A stretch of DNA of 62,640 bases, filler included, from Basidiobolus ranarum (taxonomy: Eukaryota): the NCBI GenBank assembly GCA_040143965.1. It is 11 parts of 11 records of this genome, joined end to end, with 100 filler letters (N's around TTAATTAATTAA, not from the genome) between each part and the next. Parts side by side here need not be neighbours in the genome. Positions count along the whole stretch, not along the records: positions 11,446 to 17,061 come from JASJQH010001539.1; positions 17,162 to 22,774 come from JASJQH010001540.1; positions 22,875 to 28,483 come from JASJQH010001541.1; 8 more parts are not named here. The stretch is one strand, 5' to 3'. Positions 12,195 through 23,416 of this stretch are shown one piece after another. Under the pieces are notes generated by a model that was not told the DNA's origin, searched no databases, and saw only the letters and a list, made by a program, of their open reading frames with translations. A program made the translations under genes and the position numbers. Each line of letters opens with the position of its first letter. Position 1 is the stretch's first letter.

Positions 12195-15100
12195 TGAAAA
12201 CTTGACAAAAATTTGGAAGTTGCAGAGGCTACCAGAGTTAAAAGACAAGGACCACTGGGAATTTGTTACAGCAGAAGAAATAGAGCCAATGGGCCCACCA
12301 GAAGTTATCATTGCCTTTTGCAAGTGCAGAAGACAGCACTCTCTATGCTTGGTTGACATCTCAGAGACTCACCATTCATGCACTTAAACTCAGACAAGGA
12401 TTCTTAAAGTGCTTGAAAAACACATGAGGCACTATAAAAGACTAAAAGTCTAGCTTGAAGGCTATATTTTGGACAAAGAGTATTCTCAATTCAGATGAAC
12501 ACTGGTGCTTTTATGGCTAATCATATAAATCAGATCCAAGCCTTTGTAAATCTGCCCTCATCAATTAGAGTGCCTTTTAATGATGAAAATATAGTCATAA
12601 CACTAGTTGGGAGCTGCTCAGATAAGTTTGGCAGCATCATATTTGCCCTAGAATCAAGTTCAGAATCATCAACTGTGAAATATGGTGATACACAGTTTTG
12701 GATGAAAAATTGTAAGATATGATTTTTGGCAAAATAAAGCAGTTCAGGGGAAATATAGAGTGGTATGATGTCCAACAGGCTTCTTAAATCATGCCTCTAA
12801 CAGAAAATAATATATTTGCAAGTAACATAAAAAACTAAGCCATTTAGTCAAAAAATTGCAGATAAAGATTGTTTGATCAAAAAAAAAAATTGGGACCAAG
12901 CTAATCAAGTAGGCACTAATTGGAATTCTCTCTTTGTGTCTGCCATATCAGTAACATCTGCCATGCATTCTGCAAAGTTGAATGTCGTACTCTGTAGCAA
13001 TTGTGGCCAAGAATCTGCTATTGGTAAGCCATGCTACAGCCTAAGGACTATATTTTGTATTGTGCAAGGCAAAATTCACTAGAATAGATTGAAATATTTC
13101 CAAATTTGCTAATGGGATCATATATTTGAAAACTGAAACATGCTGTTAAACATGGCACAGAGGATTATAACACATGGGAGAGCAGAAACTAGCCTAATTG
13201 CTCCAATAGCAACTAGTTTCAGGCTTAGAAAGTTCAAATATAACCAATATGTGGCTAGAAGTACTTGTTGACCTTGCTTGCTGACAAAACAAGAAATACT
13301 TGGGTATTCATTTTTAAATCAAGACCTTAGCTATATTCAGGCACTACAAAGCAATGGTAGAGAAAGAATTATCTCTAGAAATAAGGGTACTTAGATATGA
13401 CCATGGTGGAGATGGCAAAAAAAAACTCCAAAGTAGTAAATACATTGTTCTTGGCTGCTGTGATAAACCTACAGACTGTTCAATATAAAGAATTACAAAT
13501 AAATTAGGGGCAGACAAATGATCAGGGTTGAACAGGCACACTCATCTCCCCAAATTCTAGTTCTTGATGTAGAAAATGCAAGCAGTACTATGTAGGAAGT
13601 CTGTGACAAACTTTGAGCTATGTATGAGCCTATTTCATTCAAAAATTCTTCACCAATTACAATGGAGGTAGATGTAGGACCTAGAAGACCATCCAGAAGG
13701 AGAAATAAGCCAAGGAACTAGTAGAACACTTCGAATGATGATATCCAAGCATACAGAACAATCTGGGAAGAATCAAACATGCATGCCCAACCTCTGCACT
13801 ATCCAGATTAAATGTCAGGCAAAACCTTTGTTACTTTATTTATCTACTATCAAACGCAAAAAATGGGTTAAAAGTCTTCTATCATCAGAAGGTAGGCAAA
13901 TAGGTTGCAAATGGATTTCCAAATTTGAAATCCTGGCTGATGGAACTATTGAAAGATATAAACCAATATTAGTTGCAAAAGGTTAGTACAGACTCCATGA
14001 GATGAATTTAATGAAAACTTTGCTCCATTAGCTATGTTTACCTCCATTAGATCAGTCGCAGCACTCCCAGAGGTCAAAAACCTTGATTGACATCAAATGG
14101 ATTAAAAACAGTCTGTGTGAATAGATATCTGGAAGGAGATCTATATCAGACAAGCAGATGGATTTGTCGTATCAAAACTCACTAATATGGTTTGTAAAGT
14201 TTGGTATGTCTTATATGGACAGAAGCAAGCATCCAGAGCATAGTATAATAAGTTTGTTACCTAGGTAAAATCACCAGAATTCCTAAATGCATACCAGATT
14301 GCATTATTTATATCAAAACATCCAAAATTAGGATCCTTGTCTTGACTTTGTTTGTGGGTGACTTAATCAAGGCAACAAATGACTTAGAGGCACTCAGTTG
14401 TGATGGAATTGGGTAACAGGCAGCTCACTATTTGGTACTTGGTTTATTCTGCAATTACTCTAGCTCTATATGTGGTTGACTAGACCATTGCTACAAGTCA
14501 TCTGGAAGCACTTAATCTGACAAAATGCAGCTTATCAAACCAATACAAGAAGACTGATATTGGTGACCTAATTTATTTCATAAGGGTCCTATCAAGAGGG
14601 ATATAACCTATCAGAAAATCATGTTGAACCAATCAGGATATATTCTAGACATCCTAACATGCTTGAACATCCAGAATAGCATACTTGTGTCTACATCACT
14701 ACATACAAAGGTAAAGTTAATCACAAGCTCATCCAATTGGGCCCTAAATAACTCTTATTAAGGTCAAGAATTCTCTGATCAGTGCATGGTTGGCAGTTTA
14801 GTATGTACAAAGGCTAGAACATGTCCAGAAACTGCTGTGGTTGTAGGTATTGTTAGTCAATACCCCAAAATCCAGCACCAGAGCACAAAACAACAGTAAT
14901 GCATATAAGCAGGAATTTGAAAGGGACTGTAGATATAGTTCTGGATAACTCTAGCACTTCTGATCCACAAATGTTTGGAGGCTACTGTGTTGCACATGGT
15001 TAAGAAACCCTAATGCTTAAATATGAGCTATTGGGTACACTTTTCTTTACAATTATGGAGTTATAACTTGGAATAATAAGAGGCAACCAACCATAGCACC

Positions 15101-15430
15101 TTTCACTACAGAAGCAGAATATATGGTTGCCCCTGGAAATACACAAGAAGCTATGTAGTTAAGGAAGTTACTTACAGACTTGGGATACATGCAAAACATG
15201 CTACAATGGTATTGAAAGATATTCAAAGTTGTGATTCATTAACTAAATCCCTACTTTTCATGCTAGAACAACCTATACAAATATTAGGTTTCATTTTGTT
15301 GGAGAAGCAATAGGCAATAATCAAATTAAACCTGTCAATTGCCCTTTTCAAGAAAGGAGTGCTGACATCTTAATAAAAACTTTTAGCTAAAGCACAATTT
15401 GATTTTTAAGATCTAAGTTAGGATTATGAG
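12195..15430 (+). mobile_element. Ty1/Copia internal region (gag, partial IN, RT, RNase H), heavily decayed
   Basis: Gag-like WKL..L.ELKDKDHWEFV; RT GRQIGCKWISK..ADGTIERYKPILVAKG, LYGQKQASRA; RNase H TTEAEY, ADILIK; many stops. Confidence 0.88.
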
Positions 15431-15459
15431 AAAGATAAAAATATTTTTGCAAGTGGGAT

Positions 15460-15730
15460 TTTTAGATTGAGCAAATAGAAGCTCATGGTTTAGGAGTTTG
15501 TCAAACAATATTCTGATTATTTAGTACTCAATGCTAACATTTGAAAACATGTGTTTATTGCTCCAATTAATAAATATATCAAACAGATCAATCCACTTAC
15601 TTTCAACATTTTCTCAAAACAACTTGAAGTCATCACACTTTGCACCCTTGTTATACTGACATGCCTGTTAAGATTGAAACTTGTCCAATAGTCCTGTTTG
15701 ATGGCAAACTATAAACATGCCATGTTCTAT
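15460..15730 (+). repeat. Putative Copia LTR, diverged second copy
   Basis: After AGTGGGA tract; shares GCAAATAG, TGTTTATTG, TTTTCTCAAAAC and ATAGT..GGCAAAC blocks with 11858-12190. Confidence 0.55.
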
Positions 15731-16763
15731 TCAATTAATCTTCAAAACTCATACATTTTGTGCTACGCCATTCTCTACCCCTATTTGTAGTACATGAATT
15801 GAGCTATTGCTTCAGAATTTGATCTGGAAAAAGATGACACAATGTACCTTACTTTGTTGCAATAAAGATCATGATTCACCTTTTGCTGCATATTCAGATG
15901 TTATCCATTTGGCCACATTGATCAGAATAGGTCAGGGCAGTATTCAGAGTTGTTTGGATATCTCCAAAACACATGTATGGCTATCTGCAATGATTTCACC
16001 TCCGCAACGTAAATGTGGATCAGCCGGCTGATATTTTTAATTTCTGAGCCTGCAACAAGCCAATTTTGACTTAATTGGGTTGGTGTTGCTCCACAATGTG
16101 GCCAAATTATATATGTCATGTTTGTCAGCTTATTAAACAAGCTTGGGCCAAGTTTACAGGCCCATGATACTTTGGTTGATATGTGGCTTGTATAAGTTTT
16201 GATTGTGGTGGCTAATTTGGTATAATTTCAATATGTGCCAAATCTTTGCCCTAACAGAAATTTTAGGATTGTAATCAAAAGAAAACTGTTGCAATTTTAA
16301 TCAGTTTTCAGGGTTAGGAAAGAAATTTCAAGATCTTGCAAAATATTTGCACGTGATTGGCTGCAATCTCGAAGAACTATGGAATGCCACATGTGAAACA
16401 ATGTAACTCAAGTTTTTTTGCATTCACTACTGGAGTGCTAATTTGTGACCATCAAAACCCTAGTGTTTTGATTTATTTTCCTTAATATTTATATAGAGTT
16501 CTTCATACCCAAGGTTTAGCTCATATCCAACACAAGTTTGAATTAATTTCTCCATCAAAGCCAACCGTTGTATTAATGTGCTGAATCAGCAGTCCAGCAG
16601 TCATCTGGCAGATATGTTGCAATAATGCACCACTCTGTATTGAGTTATTCCTAGATATCTGCATAGTCAGCACCAGACTGGATGTCTAGTTAAATGTTCT
16701 TCTTCTGAAACCACCGTCTGCATACTCCCATTGTGTTTTTCCCTTCATTCTCGTGAATATACT

Positions 16764-16952
16764 TGTCAGATACTTTTACTACTCTCATATATTCATGTTG
16801 TTGATACCACTGAGTATGCTGGGCAGTTTATTGCTGCTTTTTGCTTGCCTTCAAGTTTGAGGCTATTTCTGCACTTTGAAAAGTATCAGTTGAGGTTGGG
16901 GAGCTGTAGGCTTTGTTTGCTGGTGCTTTAGCAGGTTCAGAGGTCCCTAACA
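16764..16952 (-). repeat. LTR-like segment (TGTTAG...CTGACA on minus)
   Basis: Near-inverted TG..CA termini and an internal AATAAA on minus; no target-site duplication seen. Confidence 0.4.
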
Positions 16953-17061
16953 AAAATAAAATCGATTTGATCCGGATTGGATCCACCCTTCAAAATAGCA
17001 AAACCATCAGAGAACCGCCACAATATTGTTGGCTTGCATTCTGCCAGGGATTTTGATGATG
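16953..17061 (-). repeat. Dispersed ~120-160 bp repeat, copy 1 (cut by contig end)
   Basis: Aligns by eye with 55390-55500 (same strand) and 45250-45356 (opposite strand); includes hairpin GATCC-N5-GGATC at 16969-16983. Confidence 0.85.
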
Positions 17062-17161
17062 NNNNNNNNNNNNNNNNNNNNNNNNNNNNNNNNNNNNNNN
17101 NNNNNTTAATTAATTAANNNNNNNNNNNNNNNNNNNNNNNNNNNNNNNNNNNNNNNNNNNN
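17062..17161. other. Artificial contig spacer
   Basis: N44-TTAATTAATTAA-N44. Confidence 0.98.
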
Positions 17162-20100
17162 TTTGGAGCCTTCAACAATGGAATATGTTGGAGCCAGGCA
17201 TTTGAAGGAGGCACTAAGGAGATCTACTTCTCAGCAAAAAATGCAAATTGGACAATTATTGGTGCTGTAAATCAGCAAACAGGCTTCAATAGGAACCTCA
17301 AAATGGAAATCAATCACCTGCATGTATTGCAAGAGACAAGTCCATATGATGAAAGATTGGAGAAAGAGTCTTTTAGTCAAAAGGCTAAAATTGGAATAAG
17401 CAAATCCAGTAAGTACTCATTGGGATCATGTATTTCTCTCTGCCTTATCAGTAAACACTAAGGAGAACTTGGACACATGGTTCATAGCTTCAGGGCCTCC
17501 CATCAAATGTCAAACAAGAAAAGCTGGCTTTCCAGACCAAAACCCATTCAAACAAGGAAAGTCTATTTATGAGATGACTTTGCACTAGATACAGTTGGTA
17601 AGGGCACAGTTATGCACAATTTAGACAGAACTTTAGTGGCACCATCTGCAAAATTGGATGATGTACTTTATGTACCATATATAGCCAAGAATCTACTCTC
17701 ACTAAGCCAAGCAACTGCTCAAGGACTAAATTTCATGTTCAGTAAGGCTGAATGCACTACCAAAGATCAGAATAATTTCAAATTAGCTACAGGGATCAAA
17801 ACTTACACAAGCTAGAACTCAACAAATTACGTTCTGAGCATGGAAACTTGGCCAAACTGGTCTAATAAGTTGTTGAAAGTAGCTTAGACAATTAGGCCAT
17901 ATTGGAAATAAAAACTGGCCAAAATTATCTGCAATCAGCTTGTTCCAGGCCTAGATATCATACAATAATATCTAATTAGATTCTACGAACAAAACTCACT
18001 ACTTATACAAGCTAGAAATCTACAAATTGCATGCTGATGATGCAAACTTGGCTAAAACTGGTGAAATAAGTTGTCAAAGATGGCATGGAAGATTAGGACA
18101 AATTGGGGGAAAAAATGACCCAAATGGCTTCAAACTCAGAAATTGAATATTTTACAAAATTGGATGTGTGTAAAGGTTGCTTAGATAGAAAAGATGTATA
18201 TAGGTAATCTTCCTTAAAACAATTATTAAAGACTTAACTATATTCAAGAAATGCAAAGGATTTGTAGAGAAAGCAGCAGCAAAAAAATAAGGGGATACTA
18301 GGAGCAATAATGGGGGCAAATACTGCACTAAAGACTTTGCTAGTTTTTGTTCTAAACATGGAATGGAGCAGCAAACTACTGTACTAGATACTCCAAAGCA
18401 AAATGGAGTAGCACCAAGTGCTATAAGAACATAGAGGATATTGCAACATCAGTGTTACAAGATCAAAGGTTAGATTACCAATATTGAGCTGAATCTATTC
18501 AAATTGCAGTCTTCATTGAAAACAGATGGCCTATGGGACTACTACAAAATTCTAGTCCATTTGAAGTACTATATGTATCAAAACTAAGTGTAATCTTTTC
18601 AGGATCTCTTGTTGTGCATCATTTTGCCTAATTCCAATTCAAAAATGCTCTGAATTGGACTCCAAAGCAGCAAATCCTATTTTGTGGTTAATCCAGTAAA
18701 TTCAAGGCCTACACCCTGTTTGATACCAAAAACAGAACTTAACTAAGTGCAGAGATCTGATTTTTGATGGAAAAGCAATTTTTTCACCTCAAGTCACAGT
18801 TTTTGCTCCCAAAATCACAAACTTGGCACTATTCAGGAAGTGCTAATAGGACCATGGTGCAGATGGCAAGAATATTTTTATACAAACAAAAATTAGATTA
18901 TTGGTATGAGGCTGAATCTGTATCTGCTGCAGTCTGTATCAAAACCAGATGCCTAACAAGATTGCTACAAGATCATACTCCATTTGAAGCTCTACATGTA
19001 TCAAAACCAAGTGTGGATTATCTCATGATCTTTGGTTGTATAGAATACTGCCAATGTCCAGCTCAATTATTCTCTAAATTGGATCCAAATGCAGTAAATG
19101 CAAATTTCTTGCTTACTATGATGGATCCAACATTTACAGACTATTTGATACCGTAAATCAGAAGTTAATTCAATGGGACAGATGTGATAATTGATGAAAC
19201 GGCAGATTTTTCACCTCAATTTATGGTTCCAGATCAAGAAATGGTAATTAGGACCACTGAAGAAGTGTTACACAAAATTCAAGCTGAATCTGACCACAAT
19301 TTAACTCAAATTGTAGCCCCCTTTATATCGAAGGAAGATTAAGATCCTAGAACATCATCCAGAAGGAGAAATAAGCCATGGAACTTCTAATGATGATGTT
19401 CATGCTGATGCAGCATTATTCAACATGCCACAGACCTTATATCAGGCTCTGCAGTGTCCTGAATCAAAAGAACTAGAGAATTGGTTGGCCAAACACATTC
19501 TGCTATGGTTTGTAAACTGCAGAAATTGCTATATGGACTCAAGCAAGCACCAGGCTCATGTTATAACAAGATAGGCACTTATTTGGAATCACCAGAATTC
19601 CAAACATGCTGAGCAGAACACATTATTTACATCAAAAAACCAATAAATGATTCTTGTCTTGGCCCTATATGTGGATGACTTGATATTAGCAAGACAGTAT
19701 TAATGCCTATGGCTCCCAATGTGAAACTAATCAAAATTCATCCAATTTGGCCCAATATGACTCAAATGAAAGCCAAGAGTTCACTTATCTGCCCATGCTG
19801 TGTAATATAGTGTACAAGATGGTTGGAACACATTGAGACCTTGCTGTGGAGTTGGAACTATCAGCTAATATTTAAAAATCCTCAATCTGGGCTCAAAATT
19901 TAAGTAAAAGAAATATTCATATCAAGACATTGCTGTGGCAGTCAAAAATGTCAGCCAACGCCTCAAATATCTCACTTCTGCACACAAACAGCAGTAGGAT
20001 AAATGCTCAGGTATTTGGGAAGAACTGCAGATCTAGTTCTGGAATACTCTGGCACTCCTGAATCACATAATTTTGAAGTCTACTGTGATGCAAACAGGGG

Positions 20101-20545
20101 AACATACCATGATATTAGAAGATCATCAATTAGGTACACTTGTCTCAATTATATTAGAGCCATAACTTTGAGTCATATGAAGCCAACAACCATAGCACTT
20201 GCCACTACAGAAGCAGAGTATATGGCTGCCTTTGCTACTACACAAGTAGCAATATGTTTAAGGAAGTTATTTACTGACTAAGAATATATGCACAAATGAG
20301 CTATTATTTGATTTCAAGATAATCAAAGTTGTACTTCATTAGCTAAAACCTTACAACTCATGCTAGATCAAAACATAAAGATATTAGATATCAATATTTA
20401 GAGAAGCAGTAGGGAATGATGTAAGTGAATTGGTCTATTGCTCTACTGAAGAGATGATTGCTGATATCTTAACCAAACCTTTAGCCAAAACACAGTTGAT
20501 ACCATTAAGTGACAAGTAAGGGTTAAGAGATATGAAAATAATTGG
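17162..20545 (+). mobile_element. Ty1/Copia internal region (gag end, PR, IN, RT, RNase H), decayed with internal duplications
   Basis: Protease-like WFIASG, LDDVLYVPYIAKNLLSLSQ, IN TPKQNGVA, RT LYGLKQAP and LYVDDL, RNase H YCDAN..IALATTEAEYMA, ADILTKPL. Confidence 0.9.
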
Positions 20546-20559
20546 TTAAGTGGGAACAT

Positions 20560-20900
20560 TAAAATTAGGCCGATAGCTACTCACTATATAGTTGGGAGTT
20601 TATTCATATTCTGATTGTTGAGCACTCACTTCTGACATTCAAAAATGTGTGTATATTGCTCTGATAGATGGATATATATTGATTAGTGCACTTTTACCAG
20701 TTTTCATTATATATTAAAAATATCTTCAAATCAGCTCATATTTTCACCCAAGCTTTACAGGCATGTTTGTAATATCCAAGCACATTCAGCAGTTCTATTT
20801 CATAGTAAAGTATAAATATGATGAATTCAAGTCAATAAAACTTTAGTGTCTGATTCACAAATCCACACCTTGTGCAAAACATTCTCATATTCCTCAGACA
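20560..20900 (+). repeat. Putative Copia LTR
   Basis: After AGTGGGAA tract; long collinear similarity to 11858-12190 (CACTTTTACCA, TTACAGGCATGTTTGT, AGTGTCT.ATTCACA). Confidence 0.6.
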
Positions 20901-20999
20901 CTTTTATAAATATACACATATTTTTGAATATCACACTGAGTGCTAAAAAATCAGAATATGAATAAACACACAACTAAATACAAGTTGCTATTTATTCAA

Positions 21000-22774
21000 T
21001 TTTGTCAAAAATCAACACAACAATAAAGGTTCTAAGGAGTGAGAATGGTAGAGAATATAATCTAATGACTTTGCGGGTTTATGTTCTAGATATAATTTTA
21101 AGCAGTAAACTTGTGTATAATTTATTCCGTAGCAAAATAGAGTTGCACAAAGTGCCAACAGGATGATATTGGCACAGGCAGGAACAATTTTATGTAATCC
21201 AAAGTCAATGCACCAGTATTGAGCATTATGTCTCCACTGCTATCAATATCCTTTTCTTAGCACTAAGCCAATTGCTGCAAATGATCTAGAAGTACTCAAA
21301 CATATGAAAAGTTTCTTATCAAACCAATGTTAGTCAACAAATGTTGGTGAGTTTTGCTATTTTCATAAAATCAATTCAAATCAGATGAGTCAAACTGGTA
21401 AATATGCCAAATCGGTATTGATATATTCTGAACAAACTAATATGCTTCAAGATTGATGATTAACCCACCTGTTTTACCCTTATTGGATACCAAAGTAGCA
21501 TCAATTCAATTTAATTCATTTTGGCTCAATATTATCTAAAATACTGCCACCAGCTCCCTTATCAGCCCAAAGCGGGCAGTATGAGGTAAAAAATGGTACA
21601 CATTCAAGCATTGTAGTGGCAAAGCAAGCTGCTTGCAAGTGCCACAAAAGTCCAGGATTGGAGCAAAAAGCTAAAAAAAATGAATGCTTGAGAATTTAAG
21701 ATGAATAGTAAAGCAATATATAGCAAGCTTTAGTGCTGTGCTGAAGCAGAACCCATGGCTGCTTCTGCTACTACACAAGAAGCCACTTATTAAAGAAATT
21801 TCTCACTCACACAGGATTCAAGCAAAAGTGTGCTATTACTTTATTTGGAAAATAATCAAAGTAATGAATGAATAGCTAACAATTCTGCATTTCATGCTAG
21901 AATTGAATACTTAGGTATTCAGCTTCATTTTGATAGAAAACCATAGAAAATGACCATATGCACTTGTTGGGCACTAAGCTGATTCTCTAATCTAAGTACA
22001 ATCAGAATTATTAAAATTTAATTTAGGTTTATCAGAAATACTGAAGAGTTGGTTGTCAGGGAATATAGAAGATAGGCAAATATCAGCTGATTATTTGGCA
22101 CTTAGTTGGTTCATATCTTGATTGTTTATTGCTTTATTGCAAAACTCAACAAAGAGATTTTATTGCACTATTTGATAAATATGTCAATCAGATTATTCTT
22201 ATCAATCTTCACCTTTTACTCCAGATACACTTAGTTTTGATGCCAATTCTTTCTCTACAAATGTTTGTAGTACTGAAACATTAAGGTAAGGCATCAGATT
22301 TTTATCTGTGAGAAAATACTCAATTTCATCTGCTTTGTTGTCAATTGAGATCATGAAGTTGCATTTGCCATCAAGTGAGGTATGTGTCCACATAGGTCAG
22401 AACAAATCAGAGCAAAGTTCTGAGTAGAAATGATCACTGCAGAGTTTAAAAATGGCTGTCTGTGATGTTTTTTTTATATCCAACCTTTACACATTCCAAT
22501 TTTGTGATGTTTTTTATTCCTAAACCTGAAACAAGGTGATTTGGATTCTGGGGGTCAGTTTTTACTCTACAATATGGCCTAATCTTTTATATAAATACAA
22601 CCTTGATTATCTTCAAATACAGTACTGGTATGTTTTGCATGTATCTAAAGTCTTTGAATAGCTTCCTTAGCTACATACCTTCTGGTGTTGCAGCAAAGGT
22701 AGCCTATATTCTACTTCCATAGAGGAAAGTGCAGTCTTTGGTTGCTTCTGACTATTCCAAGTTATGGCTCCATT
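21000..22774. mobile_element. Scrambled Copia fragments (plus-strand IN/RT/RNase H 21000-22050 and LTR piece; minus-strand IN and RNase H pieces 22200-22774)
   Basis: IKVLRSENGREY, QNRVAQ, AEAEPMAA on plus; DGKCNFMISIDN and ALSSMEVEY on minus. Confidence 0.75.
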
Positions 22775-22874
22775 NNNNNNNNNNNNNNNNNNNNNNNNNN
22801 NNNNNNNNNNNNNNNNNNTTAATTAATTAANNNNNNNNNNNNNNNNNNNNNNNNNNNNNNNNNNNNNNNNNNNN
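22775..22874. other. Artificial contig spacer
   Basis: N44-TTAATTAATTAA-N44. Confidence 0.98.
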
Positions 22875-23416
22875 CTTCATTGGGAATGGGTGACCCACTT
22901 ACTGTGAAGCTTGAAACTTCTTTAGCAAACTCTTTCACGTAGGCAAATCCAATCCATACTCCAATATCATGTCCGACAACATGCACATTTTTGGTGATAT
23001 TCAGCGATTGTAGCACAAGATGCAGATCGGTTGCAACTTAGGCCATCGTATCCCTCATCGGGGATGGATGATTCTCCTAGACCACGAGTATCAAATGCAA
23101 CCACTTGATACCCAGCCTTGACAAGCTGTGGGATTAGATGCCTCCATTCGTACCATCTCTGGGGATATCCGTGAATCAACACCACTGTCACACCATCCCT
23201 TGGCCCTTCACGGACATAGTGGATTTTTACGCGAGTACCATTGTTCACAATGTTTGCAGCATAGTGATGAAATGACTTGTAGATTGTATTGTTGGAGGGA
23301 TGATAGTCTGGGCGCACACAATTATAGGCAGCAGTATCTGACGCTTCAACTCTGAAAGTCAAGTATATGAGAACAAGTAGTTTCAATATATTGTGTACGC
23401 TGCAGCGTTTCTCCAT
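22875..23416 (-). pseudogene. Secreted epoxide hydrolase/dehalogenase-family alpha/beta hydrolase, frameshift at ~23038, 3'-truncated
   Basis: Signal-like LLVLIYLTFRVEA; IHYVREG..VVLIHGYPQ.WYEWR, DTRGLGES; continuation VATDLHLVLQSL..VVGHDIG is in another frame with no room for an intron. Confidence 0.75.

Noticed and set aside
16349-16361. CACGTG E-box next to ATTGG in repeat-rich DNA
   Set aside because: No adjacent gene; single short motif.
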